Shown: piece after piece, positions 10,398 to 19,964 of the stretch
Numbering within the stretch: the stretch's first letter is position 1
Layout of the letters: every line of letters starts with the position of its first letter
Origin: an uncultured Acidimicrobium sp.
Lineage (GTDB): Bacteria > Actinomycetota > Acidimicrobiia > Acidimicrobiales > Ilumatobacteraceae
DNA: 45,883 nucleotides
Reading direction: 5' to 3'
NCBI GenBank assembly: GCA_964571325.1
Contig: CAZNBF010000002.1
Coordinates: 27,079 to 72,961 of the forward strand
Made by a program: the position numbers and the translations under genes
The notes under the pieces: generated by a model
The model's input: the letters and a program-made list of their open reading frames with translations, nothing else
The model's database searches: none
Told to the model about the DNA's origin: nothing

Positions 10398-11561
10398 ATG
10401 TTGCGTTACCTCACCGCCGGCGAAAGCCACGGACAAGCTCTCGTGGTCATCGTTGAGGGCTTGCCTGCCGGGCTGAATGTTACGGCCGAGCAAATTCAAG
10501 CCGAATTGGGAAGGCGTCGGCTCGGTTACGGGCGTGGTCCGCGGCAGCGTTTCGAAGTTGACGAGATCGAGCTTCTCGGCGGTATCCGCCATGGTCGCAC
10601 GCTTGGTTCTCCTGTAGCAATTGAAATTAAAAATACCGAATGGTTTAGAAGCGACGTATGGCACGAGGAGATGTCTCCTGCGCCGGGAAAAACGAAAAAG
10701 CCTCTCACTCAACCTCGTCCGGGTCATGCAGATCTTTCGGGTATGCAGAAGTACGGGTTCTCTGACGCTCGCGACGTGCTCGAACGTGCCAGTGCCCGTG
10801 AGACCGCCGCCCGCGTTGCTGCTGGCGCACTCGCAAAGATTTTTTTGTCAACAATCAACGTTGACATTCTTTCTCACGTGACCCAAATGGGCTCGGCAAA
10901 GTCGCTTTCTACTGCGCGCCCAACAATTGCCGACTTGCAAAAAGTTGATGACTCTCCGGTTCGGTGCTTCAATGCCGATGCAGAAGCAGCGATGATCGCA
11001 GAAATTGAAGCTGCAGCGAAAGACGGTGATTCGCTCGGAGGCATCGTCGAAGTCTTGGCTTACGGTTTGCCAGTCGGTTTGGGCAGCTACGTGCACTGGG
11101 ACCGAAAGTTGGACGGACTACTTGCCCAAGCTTTGATGAGCATTCAGGCAGTTAAGGGTGTCGAGATTGGTGATGGTTTTGAGGTCGCTTCGCGACGGGG
11201 TAGTCAGGCTCACGATGCGATTACCTTCGATTCGGCAACGGGCGACTACCGACGCGAAACAACGCTCGCTGGAGGCACTGAGGGTGGCATGACAACCGGA
11301 GAGTTGTTGGTTGTTCGGGCCGCCATGAAGCCGCTCGCAACTCTGAATAAGCCCACACTAAAAACTGTTGACACAGTTACAAAAGAGGAGACGAAGAGTT
11401 TCAAAGAGAGAACCGACGTTACGGCGGTTCCAGCCATGGGTGTAGTTGCCGAGACAATGGTTGCACTCGTGTTGGCGGATGAAGCACAGCGCAAGTTTGG
11501 TGGCGACTCCGTAGAAGAATTCGTGCGAAACGCGCGGTCGTTCGCCGCTTCGCTGAAGTGA
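10398..11561 (+). CDS. aroC: Chorismate synthase
   Basis: 387 aa with the N-terminus MLRYLTAGESHG and typical AroC length and motifs. Confidence 0.95.
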   Translation: MLRYLTAGESHGQALVVIVEGLPAGLNVTAEQIQAELGRRRLGYGRGPRQRFEVDEIELLGGIRHGRTLGSPVAIEIKNTEWFRSDVWHEEMSPAPGKTKKPLTQPRPGHADLSGMQKYGFSDARDVLERASARETAARVAAGALAKIFLSTINVDILSHVTQMGSAKSLSTARPTIADLQKVDDSPVRCFNADAEAAMIAEIEAAAKDGDSLGGIVEVLAYGLPVGLGSYVHWDRKLDGLLAQALMSIQAVKGVEIGDGFEVASRRGSQAHDAITFDSATGDYRRETTLAGGTEGGMTTGELLVVRAAMKPLATLNKPTLKTVDTVTKEETKSFKERTDVTAVPAMGVVAETMVALVLADEAQRKFGGDSVEEFVRNARSFAASLK

Positions 11562-12115
11562 ACACAGACGCAAAACAGGCTGTCGGAAAAACAATAGTTC
11601 TTGTGGGTTTGATGGGATCGGGAAAGTCTTCGGTTGGTGCGAGGGTCGCGCGAAGCATTGGTGCCAAGTTCATCGACACTGATGATCTGATTGCCCAACA
11701 TGCTGGTCGATCTGTCCGCGAAATTTTTGCACAAGACGGGGAGTCGGCATTTCGAGACGCCGAAACATCTGCGCTCGGCGAGGCACTAAATGATGCGATG
11801 TTGGGCAGCGACACTGTTATTTCAACTGGTGGCGGAATCGTTCTCAGCCCTGTCAATCGAAAGGCGATAAAGGAGCATGCAAGTTGTGTCGTTTGGCTCG
11901 ATGCTCCCGTCGAAGATTTACTGCAACGAACTGGCAAGACGTCTAAGCGCCCGTTGCTTGATGGTGATGCTCGGGGAGCTCTGACGAAGATGGCAGAGGA
12001 TCGTTTTGAGTTGTACGAAGATGTTGCGACTATTCGTATTGAAACACAGCACTTATCGCTAACCGATGTTGTGCTCAGAGTGACTAATGCAATCACGGCC
12101 GAGGCCCATTCATGA
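11558..12115 (+). CDS. aroK: Shikimate kinase
   Basis: 185 aa with P-loop GLMGSGKSSVG. The GTG start forms a GTGA overlap with the aroC stop. Confidence 0.9.
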   Translation: MNTDAKQAVGKTIVLVGLMGSGKSSVGARVARSIGAKFIDTDDLIAQHAGRSVREIFAQDGESAFRDAETSALGEALNDAMLGSDTVISTGGGIVLSPVNRKAIKEHASCVVWLDAPVEDLLQRTGKTSKRPLLDGDARGALTKMAEDRFELYEDVATIRIETQHLSLTDVVLRVTNAITAEAHS

Positions 12116-13143
12116 GTGTGCACATCGTGAAAGTCGAGTTAGCCGATCGTTCCTACGATGTGGTGGTTGGCAATGGCGCAATTAATTCGCTTGCTGGATA
12201 CTTGCCTAAAAAAGCTAAGCGGGCAGTGATCATCACGCAGCACGGCATTGAGAGTCAAGTGTCGGAAATAGTCTCGGCTGCGGGGCTGCAATGCGAAACC
12301 GCTTTCATCGGTCGAGGCGAAGAGTTCAAGTCTTTGCAGACCATTCAACAACTGTGCGAATCATTTGGACAATGGGGAATCACGCGTAATGATTTGATCA
12401 TTGGGGTCGGTGGCGGGATGGTTACCGATGTCGCAGGCTTCGCTGCCGCATCCTGGCATCGCGGCACCGATGTCATTCATGTGTCGACTTCGTTAGTCGG
12501 AATGGTGGACGCAGCCATTGGGGGGAAAACTGGAGTCAATCTTGCAGCCGGAAAGAATCTGGTCGGCGCCTTTTGGCAGCCCAAAGCAGTTATCTGTGAC
12601 ACAGCTTTTCTGTCGACGCTTCCAAGCAAGGAGCTTCGTTGTGGGCAGGGTGAAATGGCTAAATACCATTTTCTTACGGGTGACGATTTGGTGTCGCTAG
12701 AACTTGACGATCGTGTTGCGCGGTGCGCGCAGATCAAGGCAGACATTGTGTCATCCGATGAGCGCGAGGGAGGCCTACGCGCACTTCTCAACTATGGGCA
12801 CACACTTGGGCACGCAATCGAAATCGAAACCAATTTCGCTTTCGCGCATGGAGAAGCGGTAGCAATTGGCCTCATTTTTGCTTCCAAGTTGGCTCACTCG
12901 CTCGGACGCGTACCGCAGGAGCGGGTTGATTACCACATGCACATAGTTGGCGAAACATATGGTCTGCAGACTTCAATCCCTAAGTCTTGCTCTCTCGATC
13001 GTTTAATGACATTGATGGCCAAGGATAAGAAGGCAGTTGACGGTCTTACGTTTGTTTTGGACGGCCCTCAGGGGGTTGAAACTGTGGCGGGTATCCCGCC
13101 ACAAATTGTGCACCAAACGCTTGAAGCAATGGAAGTACTGTAG
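12112..13143 (+). CDS. aroB: 3-dehydroquinate synthase
   Basis: 343 aa. Contains GGGMVTDVAGFAAA and metal-binding LNYGHTLGHAIE. ATGA overlap with aroK. Confidence 0.93.
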   Translation: MSVHIVKVELADRSYDVVVGNGAINSLAGYLPKKAKRAVIITQHGIESQVSEIVSAAGLQCETAFIGRGEEFKSLQTIQQLCESFGQWGITRNDLIIGVGGGMVTDVAGFAAASWHRGTDVIHVSTSLVGMVDAAIGGKTGVNLAAGKNLVGAFWQPKAVICDTAFLSTLPSKELRCGQGEMAKYHFLTGDDLVSLELDDRVARCAQIKADIVSSDEREGGLRALLNYGHTLGHAIEIETNFAFAHGEAVAIGLIFASKLAHSLGRVPQERVDYHMHIVGETYGLQTSIPKSCSLDRLMTLMAKDKKAVDGLTFVLDGPQGVETVAGIPPQIVHQTLEAMEVL

Positions 13144-13147
13144 TTGC

Positions 13148-13591
13148 ATGGCTAAGTCGCGAAGTATTTTGTTGCTCAACGGACCAAATCTAAATTTGCT
13201 TGGTCAGCGCGAGCCGCATATCTATGGTTCCGACACATTGTCAACGCACGTATCGAATGCGCAATCTGCCGCAAAGGAATTGGGTTTCGAATTGGTCGCC
13301 ATGCAGTCCAACAGTTCGTCGGACATAGTCGAGGCAATTCATGCAGCCCGAGGTGTGCACTCAGCGATCGTCATCAACCCAGGTGCGTTTACACATTACG
13401 CATGGAGTATTCATGATGCTTTAAGCGCATTCGACGGTCCAGTTGTCGAACTTCACCTCTCAAATCCGCAACGGCGAGAGACTTGGCGCCATACAAGTGT
13501 TGTAGCGCCCATTGCGATCGGCACAATCGCTGGTTTTGGTGCAAACGGATACTCGCTGGCAATCCGTGCTGTTGCCAGCCACCTTTCCTGA
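13148..13591 (+). CDS. aroQ: Type II 3-dehydroquinate dehydratase
   Basis: The internal ATG at 13148 gives MAKSRSILLLNGPNLNLLGQREPHIYG, the canonical AroQ N-terminus. The longer tracked ORF overlaps aroB. Confidence 0.92.
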   Translation: MAKSRSILLLNGPNLNLLGQREPHIYGSDTLSTHVSNAQSAAKELGFELVAMQSNSSSDIVEAIHAARGVHSAIVINPGAFTHYAWSIHDALSAFDGPVVELHLSNPQRRETWRHTSVVAPIAIGTIAGFGANGYSLAIRAVASHLS

Positions 13592-13603
13592 CCGTCTAGA
13601 TCG

Positions 13604-14740
13604 GTGGCGGTTTTGCTTACGCCGATAAAAGTATCAGGGCGATGCGAACGTGCATTTTCTGTCGCATCAGAGGGTTTCGGTGTCGATGCTCTTCTTATTA
13701 CTTCGCTGATTGACATTCGTTGGTTGACTGGTTTCACTGGCTCTGCTGGCGTTCTTATCGTCAGATCTGCATCTTCGACTCTCGTTACAGATGGAAGGTA
13801 CGTACAGCATGCTGTTGAGCAACTCTCAAGAGCTGACGCTGAAGTCGAGGTAGTTCTCGCTCAAGACACCAATGCTTTATTGGAAGTTGTCGCGGACTGT
13901 CTGCGGGGTGTTGCCAAGTGCGGATACGACCCAAACGAGCTAACGGTGAGACAACTACAGCAGTATTCAGAATCGTGTTCAAGTGAGATGGTTATCGCTG
14001 AGGGCCTTGTACAGAAGTTGCGAAGAGTGAAGACCGAAGAGGAGTTGCAACGTATTTCAATGGCGTCCAATATTGCGGATCGCGCGCTCGCACACGTCGA
14101 ACCGCTGTTAGTTTCCGCGCTTTCGCAAGACATCTCCGAGCGAGACATACGCGACGAGCTCGAGTTGATGATGAGGCGTTTTGGCGCCGATGGCCCAAGC
14201 TACGAAACCATTGTCGCTTCCGGACCAAATTCGGCTTTGCCGCATCACCGTCCTACAACGTCCTTGCTTCGCGAAGGGCACAGCGTGGTGATCGATGTCG
14301 GAGCTTTGGTCGATGGCTACCACTCAGACATGACCCGAACGTATCTTCTGGGGGATTGCGATCCTGAACTTGTTCGCATGCACCAGTTGGTGATTGAAGC
14401 GCAATCCAGCGGGTTGAAAACTGTGAGAGCGGGCGTGCCAGCGAACGAAGTAGATGGTGTGTGTCGTGAGGTGTTTGATCGGCACGGACTCGGACACGAG
14501 TTCAGTCATGGCACAGGACACGGGGTGGGTTTGCAAATTCATGAAATGCCCTGGCTGCGAAGAACCTCGCAAGAACCGTTGATGGTTGGGGAAGTAGTAA
14601 CGGTGGAGCCTGGGCTCTATCGTGTAGGTCTCGGCGGTGTTCGAATTGAGGACTTGGTCCTCGTTGAGTCCACAGGCTGTCACGTTTTTACCCACAGTCA
14701 GAAAGAGCATTTGTGCCTGCAATCACCACTAACGACCTGA
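13604..14740 (+). CDS. M24B-family Xaa-Pro aminopeptidase/dipeptidase
   Basis: 378 aa. A creatinase-like N-domain is followed by a pita-bread domain with HGTGHGVGLQIHE and VEPGLY. It sits upstream of efp, as in many bacteria. Confidence 0.85.
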   Translation: MAVLLTPIKVSGRCERAFSVASEGFGVDALLITSLIDIRWLTGFTGSAGVLIVRSASSTLVTDGRYVQHAVEQLSRADAEVEVVLAQDTNALLEVVADCLRGVAKCGYDPNELTVRQLQQYSESCSSEMVIAEGLVQKLRRVKTEEELQRISMASNIADRALAHVEPLLVSALSQDISERDIRDELELMMRRFGADGPSYETIVASGPNSALPHHRPTTSLLREGHSVVIDVGALVDGYHSDMTRTYLLGDCDPELVRMHQLVIEAQSSGLKTVRAGVPANEVDGVCREVFDRHGLGHEFSHGTGHGVGLQIHEMPWLRRTSQEPLMVGEVVTVEPGLYRVGLGGVRIEDLVLVESTGCHVFTHSQKEHLCLQSPLTT

Positions 14741-15276
14741 AAAACGGCATCACACTGAATCTTGATGGAACCTTGTACACGGTTGTCGAATTTCAACACG
14801 TGAAGCCCGGTAAGGGTGGCGCATTCGTGCGCACTCGGTTGCGAAATCTTAAAACCGGCAACATGCTCGATCGCACATTTAACGCGGGCATTCGTGTGGA
14901 GCAGGCCATCTTGGAAAAGAATGACATGCAATTCCTGTATATGGATGGCGATGATTACGTGTTCATGGACACTTCGTCTTTTGACCAAATTCCTGTCAAG
15001 CCAGTTGCTCTTGGTGAAGCCGCCGACTACCTAATCGAAAATGCGGTTGCAATCATCGCTACGCATAATGGCGAAATCGTGAGCGTCGAAATTCCGCCCT
15101 CTGTAGAACTCGAAATCGCACAAACAGAACCCGGCATTCAGGGTGATCGTGTTTCGGGAGCCCGCAAGCCTGCCACGCTGCAGACGGGCAAAGTGATTCA
15201 AGTTCCTTTGTTCGTAAACATTGGTGATCGAGTGAAGGTAGACACCCGCACCGGCGATTACATCACGCGGGTTTGA
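14713..15276 (+). CDS. efp: Elongation factor P
   Basis: 187 aa with TNDLKNG...FQHVKPGKGGAFVRTRLRNLKTGN. The GTG start lies 28 nt inside the end of the peptidase gene. Confidence 0.95.
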   Translation: MPAITTNDLKNGITLNLDGTLYTVVEFQHVKPGKGGAFVRTRLRNLKTGNMLDRTFNAGIRVEQAILEKNDMQFLYMDGDDYVFMDTSSFDQIPVKPVALGEAADYLIENAVAIIATHNGEIVSVEIPPSVELEIAQTEPGIQGDRVSGARKPATLQTGKVIQVPLFVNIGDRVKVDTRTGDYITRV

Positions 15277-15710
15277 TGTCTTCTTCGCCGCGTTCACCAT
15301 TTTCGATTTCGGCTGATGCAAGATCGTCGGCTCGGGAACGCGCACTTCACGTGCTGTACGAGGCACAAGCGAAGACAAGTGCGGGACATACAGTCGTAGA
15401 GGCCCAAGTTTTACCAGTGGATGATATGGCAGTCGATATCGTCGCGGGTGTCGACGAGCACCAGCTGTCACTCGACGGTTTCATAGAACAAAACCTCATC
15501 GGTTGGACGCTTGCTCGAATGCCAATCATCGACCTCATTATTTTGCGCATCGCAACTTTCGAACTCGTTCACCGTTGGAGTGTCCCCCGCGCGGTTGTCA
15601 TAAACGAAGCTGTCGAATTGGCTAAGCGATTTTCCACGGAGGAATCGGGACGGTTCATCAACGGCGTTCTTTCCGCCATCGCAAAAGATGTAAGGGCGAA
15701 CCAGCAGTAG
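15276..15710 (+). CDS. nusB: Transcription antitermination factor NusB
   Basis: Contains RERALHVLYEAQ and NEAVELAKRFSTEESGRFINGVL. The start is either ATG 15276 or the TTG at 15273 (TTGA overlap with the efp stop). Confidence 0.9.
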   Translation: MSSSPRSPFSISADARSSARERALHVLYEAQAKTSAGHTVVEAQVLPVDDMAVDIVAGVDEHQLSLDGFIEQNLIGWTLARMPIIDLIILRIATFELVHRWSVPRAVVINEAVELAKRFSTEESGRFINGVLSAIAKDVRANQQ

Positions 15711-15711
15711 T

Positions 15712-17133
15712 GTGCTCGCTGTGAGGCGATCCAAAAACTTGTGGTCCATCGGGGTTGTCGCCCTTGTTCTTTGTTATTCGTTCTACTTCTCTTGGCTTAC
15801 GGTCGGAGTTCACCAAGGTTTAGGTAGCTCTGCTTATGATTTCGGTCTTTACGATCAAGGCATTTGGCTGCTTTCGCGCGGAAATTCTCCATTTGTAACG
15901 CTGATGGGTCGCAATCTTTTCGGCGACCATTCATCTTTTATTTTGCTTTTCGTTGTCCCGATTTATTGGATCTCATCCTCGACATCCGTCTTGTTCGTCA
16001 TCCAGTCATTAGCTCTAGGTCTTGGTGCTGTACCTCTGTATGCCTATTCAAGGAAGGCCTTGAACAGCGATGCTATGGGTTTCGTTTTGGCCGCCGCATA
16101 CTTGGCGCACCCCGCGGTCGGATTGACCAATATCGAGAATTTCCATCCTGATTCGTTTCTTGGGTTGCTCATTGGGATGGTTCTGTGGTCTGCGTTGGAA
16201 AGGAAATGGAACTGGTATTGGACCTCAGTGGTCCTTGCATTACTCGTAAAAGAAGATGTTGCATTGATCGTGATACCTATTGGACTCTGGGTCGCTTTGA
16301 GACGAGATGTCCGCAGAGGCCTGTGGACGGTGGTTCTCTCTATTGCGACAATGGCTCTGATGTTTCTAGTTGTCATGCGTTCCTTTACGGGCGTCGCTTT
16401 TCGGAACTCGTGGCGCATCCCATTCGGCGGGTTTTCCGGTTTATTTCAAGTTGCATTCCGTCAACCTCAGGAGTTGTGGAAGTACTTCACAAGCGAGGAT
16501 CGCCCAACGTATTTGCTCCACCTACTTTCCCCAACGGCTATGGCGTTTGTTTTTGCACCGAGTGTTGCCCTTACTGGCGCGGTTGTTATCGGAGCAAACC
16601 TGCTCAGCACCTTTTGGTATCAGCACCAAGTTGGATACCACTACTCGTTGGTCATTGTGCCCAGTTTGATGTTCGGAACCGCTTACGGCATCGCGAGGGT
16701 TCCAAGTGCATTTCGCAAGCGCATTGTCGGCGCTGTTGCGGTGTGTTCGCTTGCTTTCGGTTATTGGTTGTCTCCACTTCCATTTGCTCGCAGCACAGTC
16801 GGAGATTGGTCGGCTTCCAATCCATCGGTGATTGCGGCAAGGGAACTCTTCGCAGTTATTCCAAACGAAGCAGTGGTGAGCGCGTATCATCCGCTTACGG
16901 CGCAGCTCGCGCGTAGAGAACGCATCTATTCGTTCCCCAACCCATTTCAGAGGTCGCTCTACGGTGTGGATGTTTTCGCAAGGGGGGACCGATTGCCATT
17001 TGCTGAAGAGATTGAATATGTCATGCTTCCTGCTGTGCTCGATGAAGCCGCAAGTGAGGTGTGGTCTCAGGAATCAGGGAGGTTCCGTATAGTTGGGTCC
17101 AACGCTTGGTGGATTGTCTACAAACGTCTGTAG
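15712..17133 (+). CDS. Polytopic integral membrane protein, DUF2079-like (possible GT-C-type glycosyltransferase)
   Basis: 473 aa with many hydrophobic segments. The N-terminal SSAYDFGLYDQGIWLL...NLFGDHSSFILLFVVPIYW pattern resembles DUF2079 as I remember it. GTG start 1 nt after the nusB stop. Confidence 0.65.
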   Translation: MLAVRRSKNLWSIGVVALVLCYSFYFSWLTVGVHQGLGSSAYDFGLYDQGIWLLSRGNSPFVTLMGRNLFGDHSSFILLFVVPIYWISSSTSVLFVIQSLALGLGAVPLYAYSRKALNSDAMGFVLAAAYLAHPAVGLTNIENFHPDSFLGLLIGMVLWSALERKWNWYWTSVVLALLVKEDVALIVIPIGLWVALRRDVRRGLWTVVLSIATMALMFLVVMRSFTGVAFRNSWRIPFGGFSGLFQVAFRQPQELWKYFTSEDRPTYLLHLLSPTAMAFVFAPSVALTGAVVIGANLLSTFWYQHQVGYHYSLVIVPSLMFGTAYGIARVPSAFRKRIVGAVAVCSLAFGYWLSPLPFARSTVGDWSASNPSVIAARELFAVIPNEAVVSAYHPLTAQLARRERIYSFPNPFQRSLYGVDVFARGDRLPFAEEIEYVMLPAVLDEAASEVWSQESGRFRIVGSNAWWIVYKRL

Positions 17134-17153
17134 TCCTGCTATATTTTCGCAGG

Positions 17154-17184
17154 TCGTTAATTGAGCCCCGTGAGGTTCAAACGA
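17154..17184 (+). promoter_or_regulatory. Candidate PyrR-binding RNA hairpin in the pyrR 5' leader
   Basis: The hairpin is UUGAGCC-CCGUGA-GGUUCAA, with a possible lower stem UCGUU/AACGA. Nt 17164-17177 (AGCCCCGUGAGGUU) match 11 of 14 positions of the PyrR binding-loop consensus ARUCCAGAGAGGYU. The 3' arm abuts the SD GAAGGG ahead of GTG 17195. Confidence 0.35.
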
Positions 17185-17194
17185 AGGGATAACA

Positions 17195-17734
17195 GTGAGT
17201 TCTTTTTCAACATCGAGTGTTGCCGTCATGACTGGCCCCGATGTGCATCGTGCGTTAAGCCGAATAGCCCACGAGATTGTCGAAAAAAACCATGGGTCTG
17301 ACAACCTTGTCATTGTTGGGCTACAGCGTGGGGGCGTATGGATTGCTGAGGCGCTCGCGACGAAGATTTCCCAGATTGAACCCGAACTTGTAGTTCCGCT
17401 CGGTGTCATTGATGTTTCGATGCATCGTGACGATATTGATCTTCGTCCAGCAAGCCAGGTTGCAGTCAGTGATATACCTTGCGACATCACGGATACAACG
17501 GTTGTTCTCGTCGATGATGTGCTGTTCACGGGGAGGACGGTGCGGGCGGCTTTGGAGGGTTTGAATAGTTTTGGTCGACCGAAATGCGTGCAGTTGGCCG
17601 TGTTGGTAGACCGTGGTCACAGAGAATTGCCGATAAGGCCAGATTTCGTTGGCAAGAATCTTCCAACCAAGAATTCTGATGAAGTAATTGTTTCGGCTGA
17701 TGGGGTCGTCGTCAATGCGGGTGCAAACCGATGA
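17195..17734 (+). CDS. pyrR: Bifunctional pyr operon regulator / uracil phosphoribosyltransferase PyrR
   Basis: 179 aa with PRPP-binding motif VLVDDVLFTGRT. It is the first gene of the pyr cluster. Confidence 0.92.
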   Translation: MSSFSTSSVAVMTGPDVHRALSRIAHEIVEKNHGSDNLVIVGLQRGGVWIAEALATKISQIEPELVVPLGVIDVSMHRDDIDLRPASQVAVSDIPCDITDTTVVLVDDVLFTGRTVRAALEGLNSFGRPKCVQLAVLVDRGHRELPIRPDFVGKNLPTKNSDEVIVSADGVVVNAGANR

Positions 17735-18693
17735 AGCACGTTCGTAGCATCAGCGAGATTGGCAAGGCTGGGGTGTTGGCAATTGTCGAACGCGCAAAAC
17801 AAATGGCTGAAATTAACTCGCGCCCTATTCCCAAAGTTCCTGCTTTGCGCGGTAAAACTGTGGTGAGTTTGTTCCTGGAAGATTCAACGCGCACTCGATT
17901 AAGCTTCGAAACCGCTGCAAAAAGGCTTTCTGCGGAAACGATGAACTTCAGTGTGTCCACATCAAGTGTTAACAAGGGAGAAAGCCTGCGTGACACGATC
18001 GAAACTATTTCAGACATGGGTGTTGATGCGTTTGTGGTCCGTCACAAATCGTCTGGTGTTCCCTGGCAGATCGAGCAGTGGACAGATGCATCAATAATCA
18101 ATGCGGGGGATGGGGCTCACCAGCATCCGACTCAAGCCCTGGTCGATTGTTTTACGGTTTCGGAAGCATTCGGTGTTGAATCGTTTGAAGGACTAACCAT
18201 CTCGATTGTTGGAGATATTCGACATAGTCGGGTTGCTCGCAGCAATGTAGAAGCCTTTGCGATGCTTGGCGCCAATGTAATCATTGTTGCGCCGAGCACA
18301 CTTCTTCCACCTGATGTTGGGCATTGGCCGGTCACTATCTCAAGCGATATCGATGATGTAATCGGAACGACGGACATTTTGTACATGCTTCGATTGCAGA
18401 GCGAGCGAATGGATCAAGGTCTGATCCCAAATCTTTCGGAGTACGGAGATCGGTTTGGCCTCACCGAGAAGCGAGTAAGTCAATTGCCAAGTAAATCTCG
18501 AATCATGCATCCTGGCCCTATGAACCGCGGAGTTGAGATGCAAGTAGACCCATCGAATCTCTCGCAATCATTGATTCATCGGCAAGTAGCAAATGGGGTG
18601 TCGGTACGTATGGCAGTTTTATTCACTGCACTCACCGTGAGCGATGATCGGGATCGTGCAATACAAGGTCTTACGAAGGAGGCAACACAGTGA
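17731..18693 (+). CDS. pyrB: Aspartate carbamoyltransferase catalytic subunit
   Basis: 320 aa with STRTRLSFE, HQHPTQAL and HPGPMNRG motifs. ATGA overlap with pyrR. Confidence 0.95.
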   Translation: MKHVRSISEIGKAGVLAIVERAKQMAEINSRPIPKVPALRGKTVVSLFLEDSTRTRLSFETAAKRLSAETMNFSVSTSSVNKGESLRDTIETISDMGVDAFVVRHKSSGVPWQIEQWTDASIINAGDGAHQHPTQALVDCFTVSEAFGVESFEGLTISIVGDIRHSRVARSNVEAFAMLGANVIIVAPSTLLPPDVGHWPVTISSDIDDVIGTTDILYMLRLQSERMDQGLIPNLSEYGDRFGLTEKRVSQLPSKSRIMHPGPMNRGVEMQVDPSNLSQSLIHRQVANGVSVRMAVLFTALTVSDDRDRAIQGLTKEATQ

Positions 18694-19964
18694 GCGTTGT
18701 GTTTCGTGGTGGAAGCGTTGTGACCAAGGACGGAGTCGTGGTTGCTGATCTGATGGTGCAGCATGGTGAAATTTCCGAAATTGGCTCCGGTCTCTCGGCC
18801 GACGAAGTTGTTGATATTTCTGGTCTCACAATTTTTCCTGGTTTTGTTGATCTGCATGCACACCTGCGGGAGCCAGGCAGGGAAGATGCCGAGACGATAG
18901 AAACGGGCAGTCGTGCCGGAGCATTGGGTGGCTACACCGCAGTTGTTGCAATGCCTAATACCAACCCGGCACAGGACAACGTGCCAACAATCGAGTTTGT
19001 CCGTTTGCAAGGCCAGCGAGCCGGTTTGCTTGAGGTGATTCCTAGCGGATGCATCACCGTTGGAAGAGAGGGTAAGGCTCTCGCGCCGATGGCAGAACTC
19101 GCGAAAGCAGGCGTCAGATTGTTTACCGACGATGGGTCTGGTGTTCAAGACCCCCTGTTGATGCGACGAGCAATGGAGTATTCCAAAGAGTTGAACGTGG
19201 TGTTAGGCCAGCACTGCGAAGTCTCGGCACTAACACAGGGTGCAGTGATGCACGAATGCGGTTGTTCGTCCGATCTTGGTGTTCCAGGCTGGCCGTCGAT
19301 TGCCGAGGAACTCATGGTTCACAGGGACATCGAATTAGCGCGTCTCACGGGTGCAAGGGTTCACTTCCTCCATCTGTCTACGGCGGGCAGTGTTCAATTG
19401 GTGCGCCAGGCGAAACTCGACGGTCTTCCCGTAACGGCGGAAGTAACGCCGCACCACTTATCGTTGACCGCTGAGCTACTCAGGGGTTTTGATGCAACGT
19501 TCAAGGTCAATCCTCCCTTGCGCTCAATGTCCGACATCGAAGCGCTTAAAGCGGGATTGTTAGATGGGACCATTGATGCAATCGCCACAGACCATGCGCC
19601 GCACGCTCGTCGCGATAAGGAATTGCCTCTCGACCAGGCCCCTCCGGGAATGCTCGGTTTGGAGACTGCCTTGGGCGTGACGTGCGCCGCGCTTGACCTC
19701 GATCCTTTAGCAATCGCACAAGTGATGTCGGTCGCCCCCGCGAGGATTGCTGGAATTGCGGACAGGCAAGGTAACTTGCCGCGGGTGGGAGTTGCTGCGA
19801 ACCTGTGCGTGGTAGATCTCAATGCAACATGGACGATCAACCCGGAAGCCATGGCGAGCAAGAGTACCAATACCCCCTTTGTGGGAATGCAGTTGCGTGG
19901 CAAAGTGGTACACACAATGTTCAAAGGAAATTTGGTCGTGCGTAATGGCAAGGCGTTGAAATGA
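18690..19964 (+). CDS. pyrC: Dihydroorotase
   Basis: 424 aa with the metal-binding motif DLHAHLREPG and the later motif TDHAPH. GTGA overlap with pyrB, and SD GAAGGAGG lies upstream. Confidence 0.93.
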   Translation: MSVVFRGGSVVTKDGVVVADLMVQHGEISEIGSGLSADEVVDISGLTIFPGFVDLHAHLREPGREDAETIETGSRAGALGGYTAVVAMPNTNPAQDNVPTIEFVRLQGQRAGLLEVIPSGCITVGREGKALAPMAELAKAGVRLFTDDGSGVQDPLLMRRAMEYSKELNVVLGQHCEVSALTQGAVMHECGCSSDLGVPGWPSIAEELMVHRDIELARLTGARVHFLHLSTAGSVQLVRQAKLDGLPVTAEVTPHHLSLTAELLRGFDATFKVNPPLRSMSDIEALKAGLLDGTIDAIATDHAPHARRDKELPLDQAPPGMLGLETALGVTCAALDLDPLAIAQVMSVAPARIAGIADRQGNLPRVGVAANLCVVDLNATWTINPEAMASKSTNTPFVGMQLRGKVVHTMFKGNLVVRNGKALK

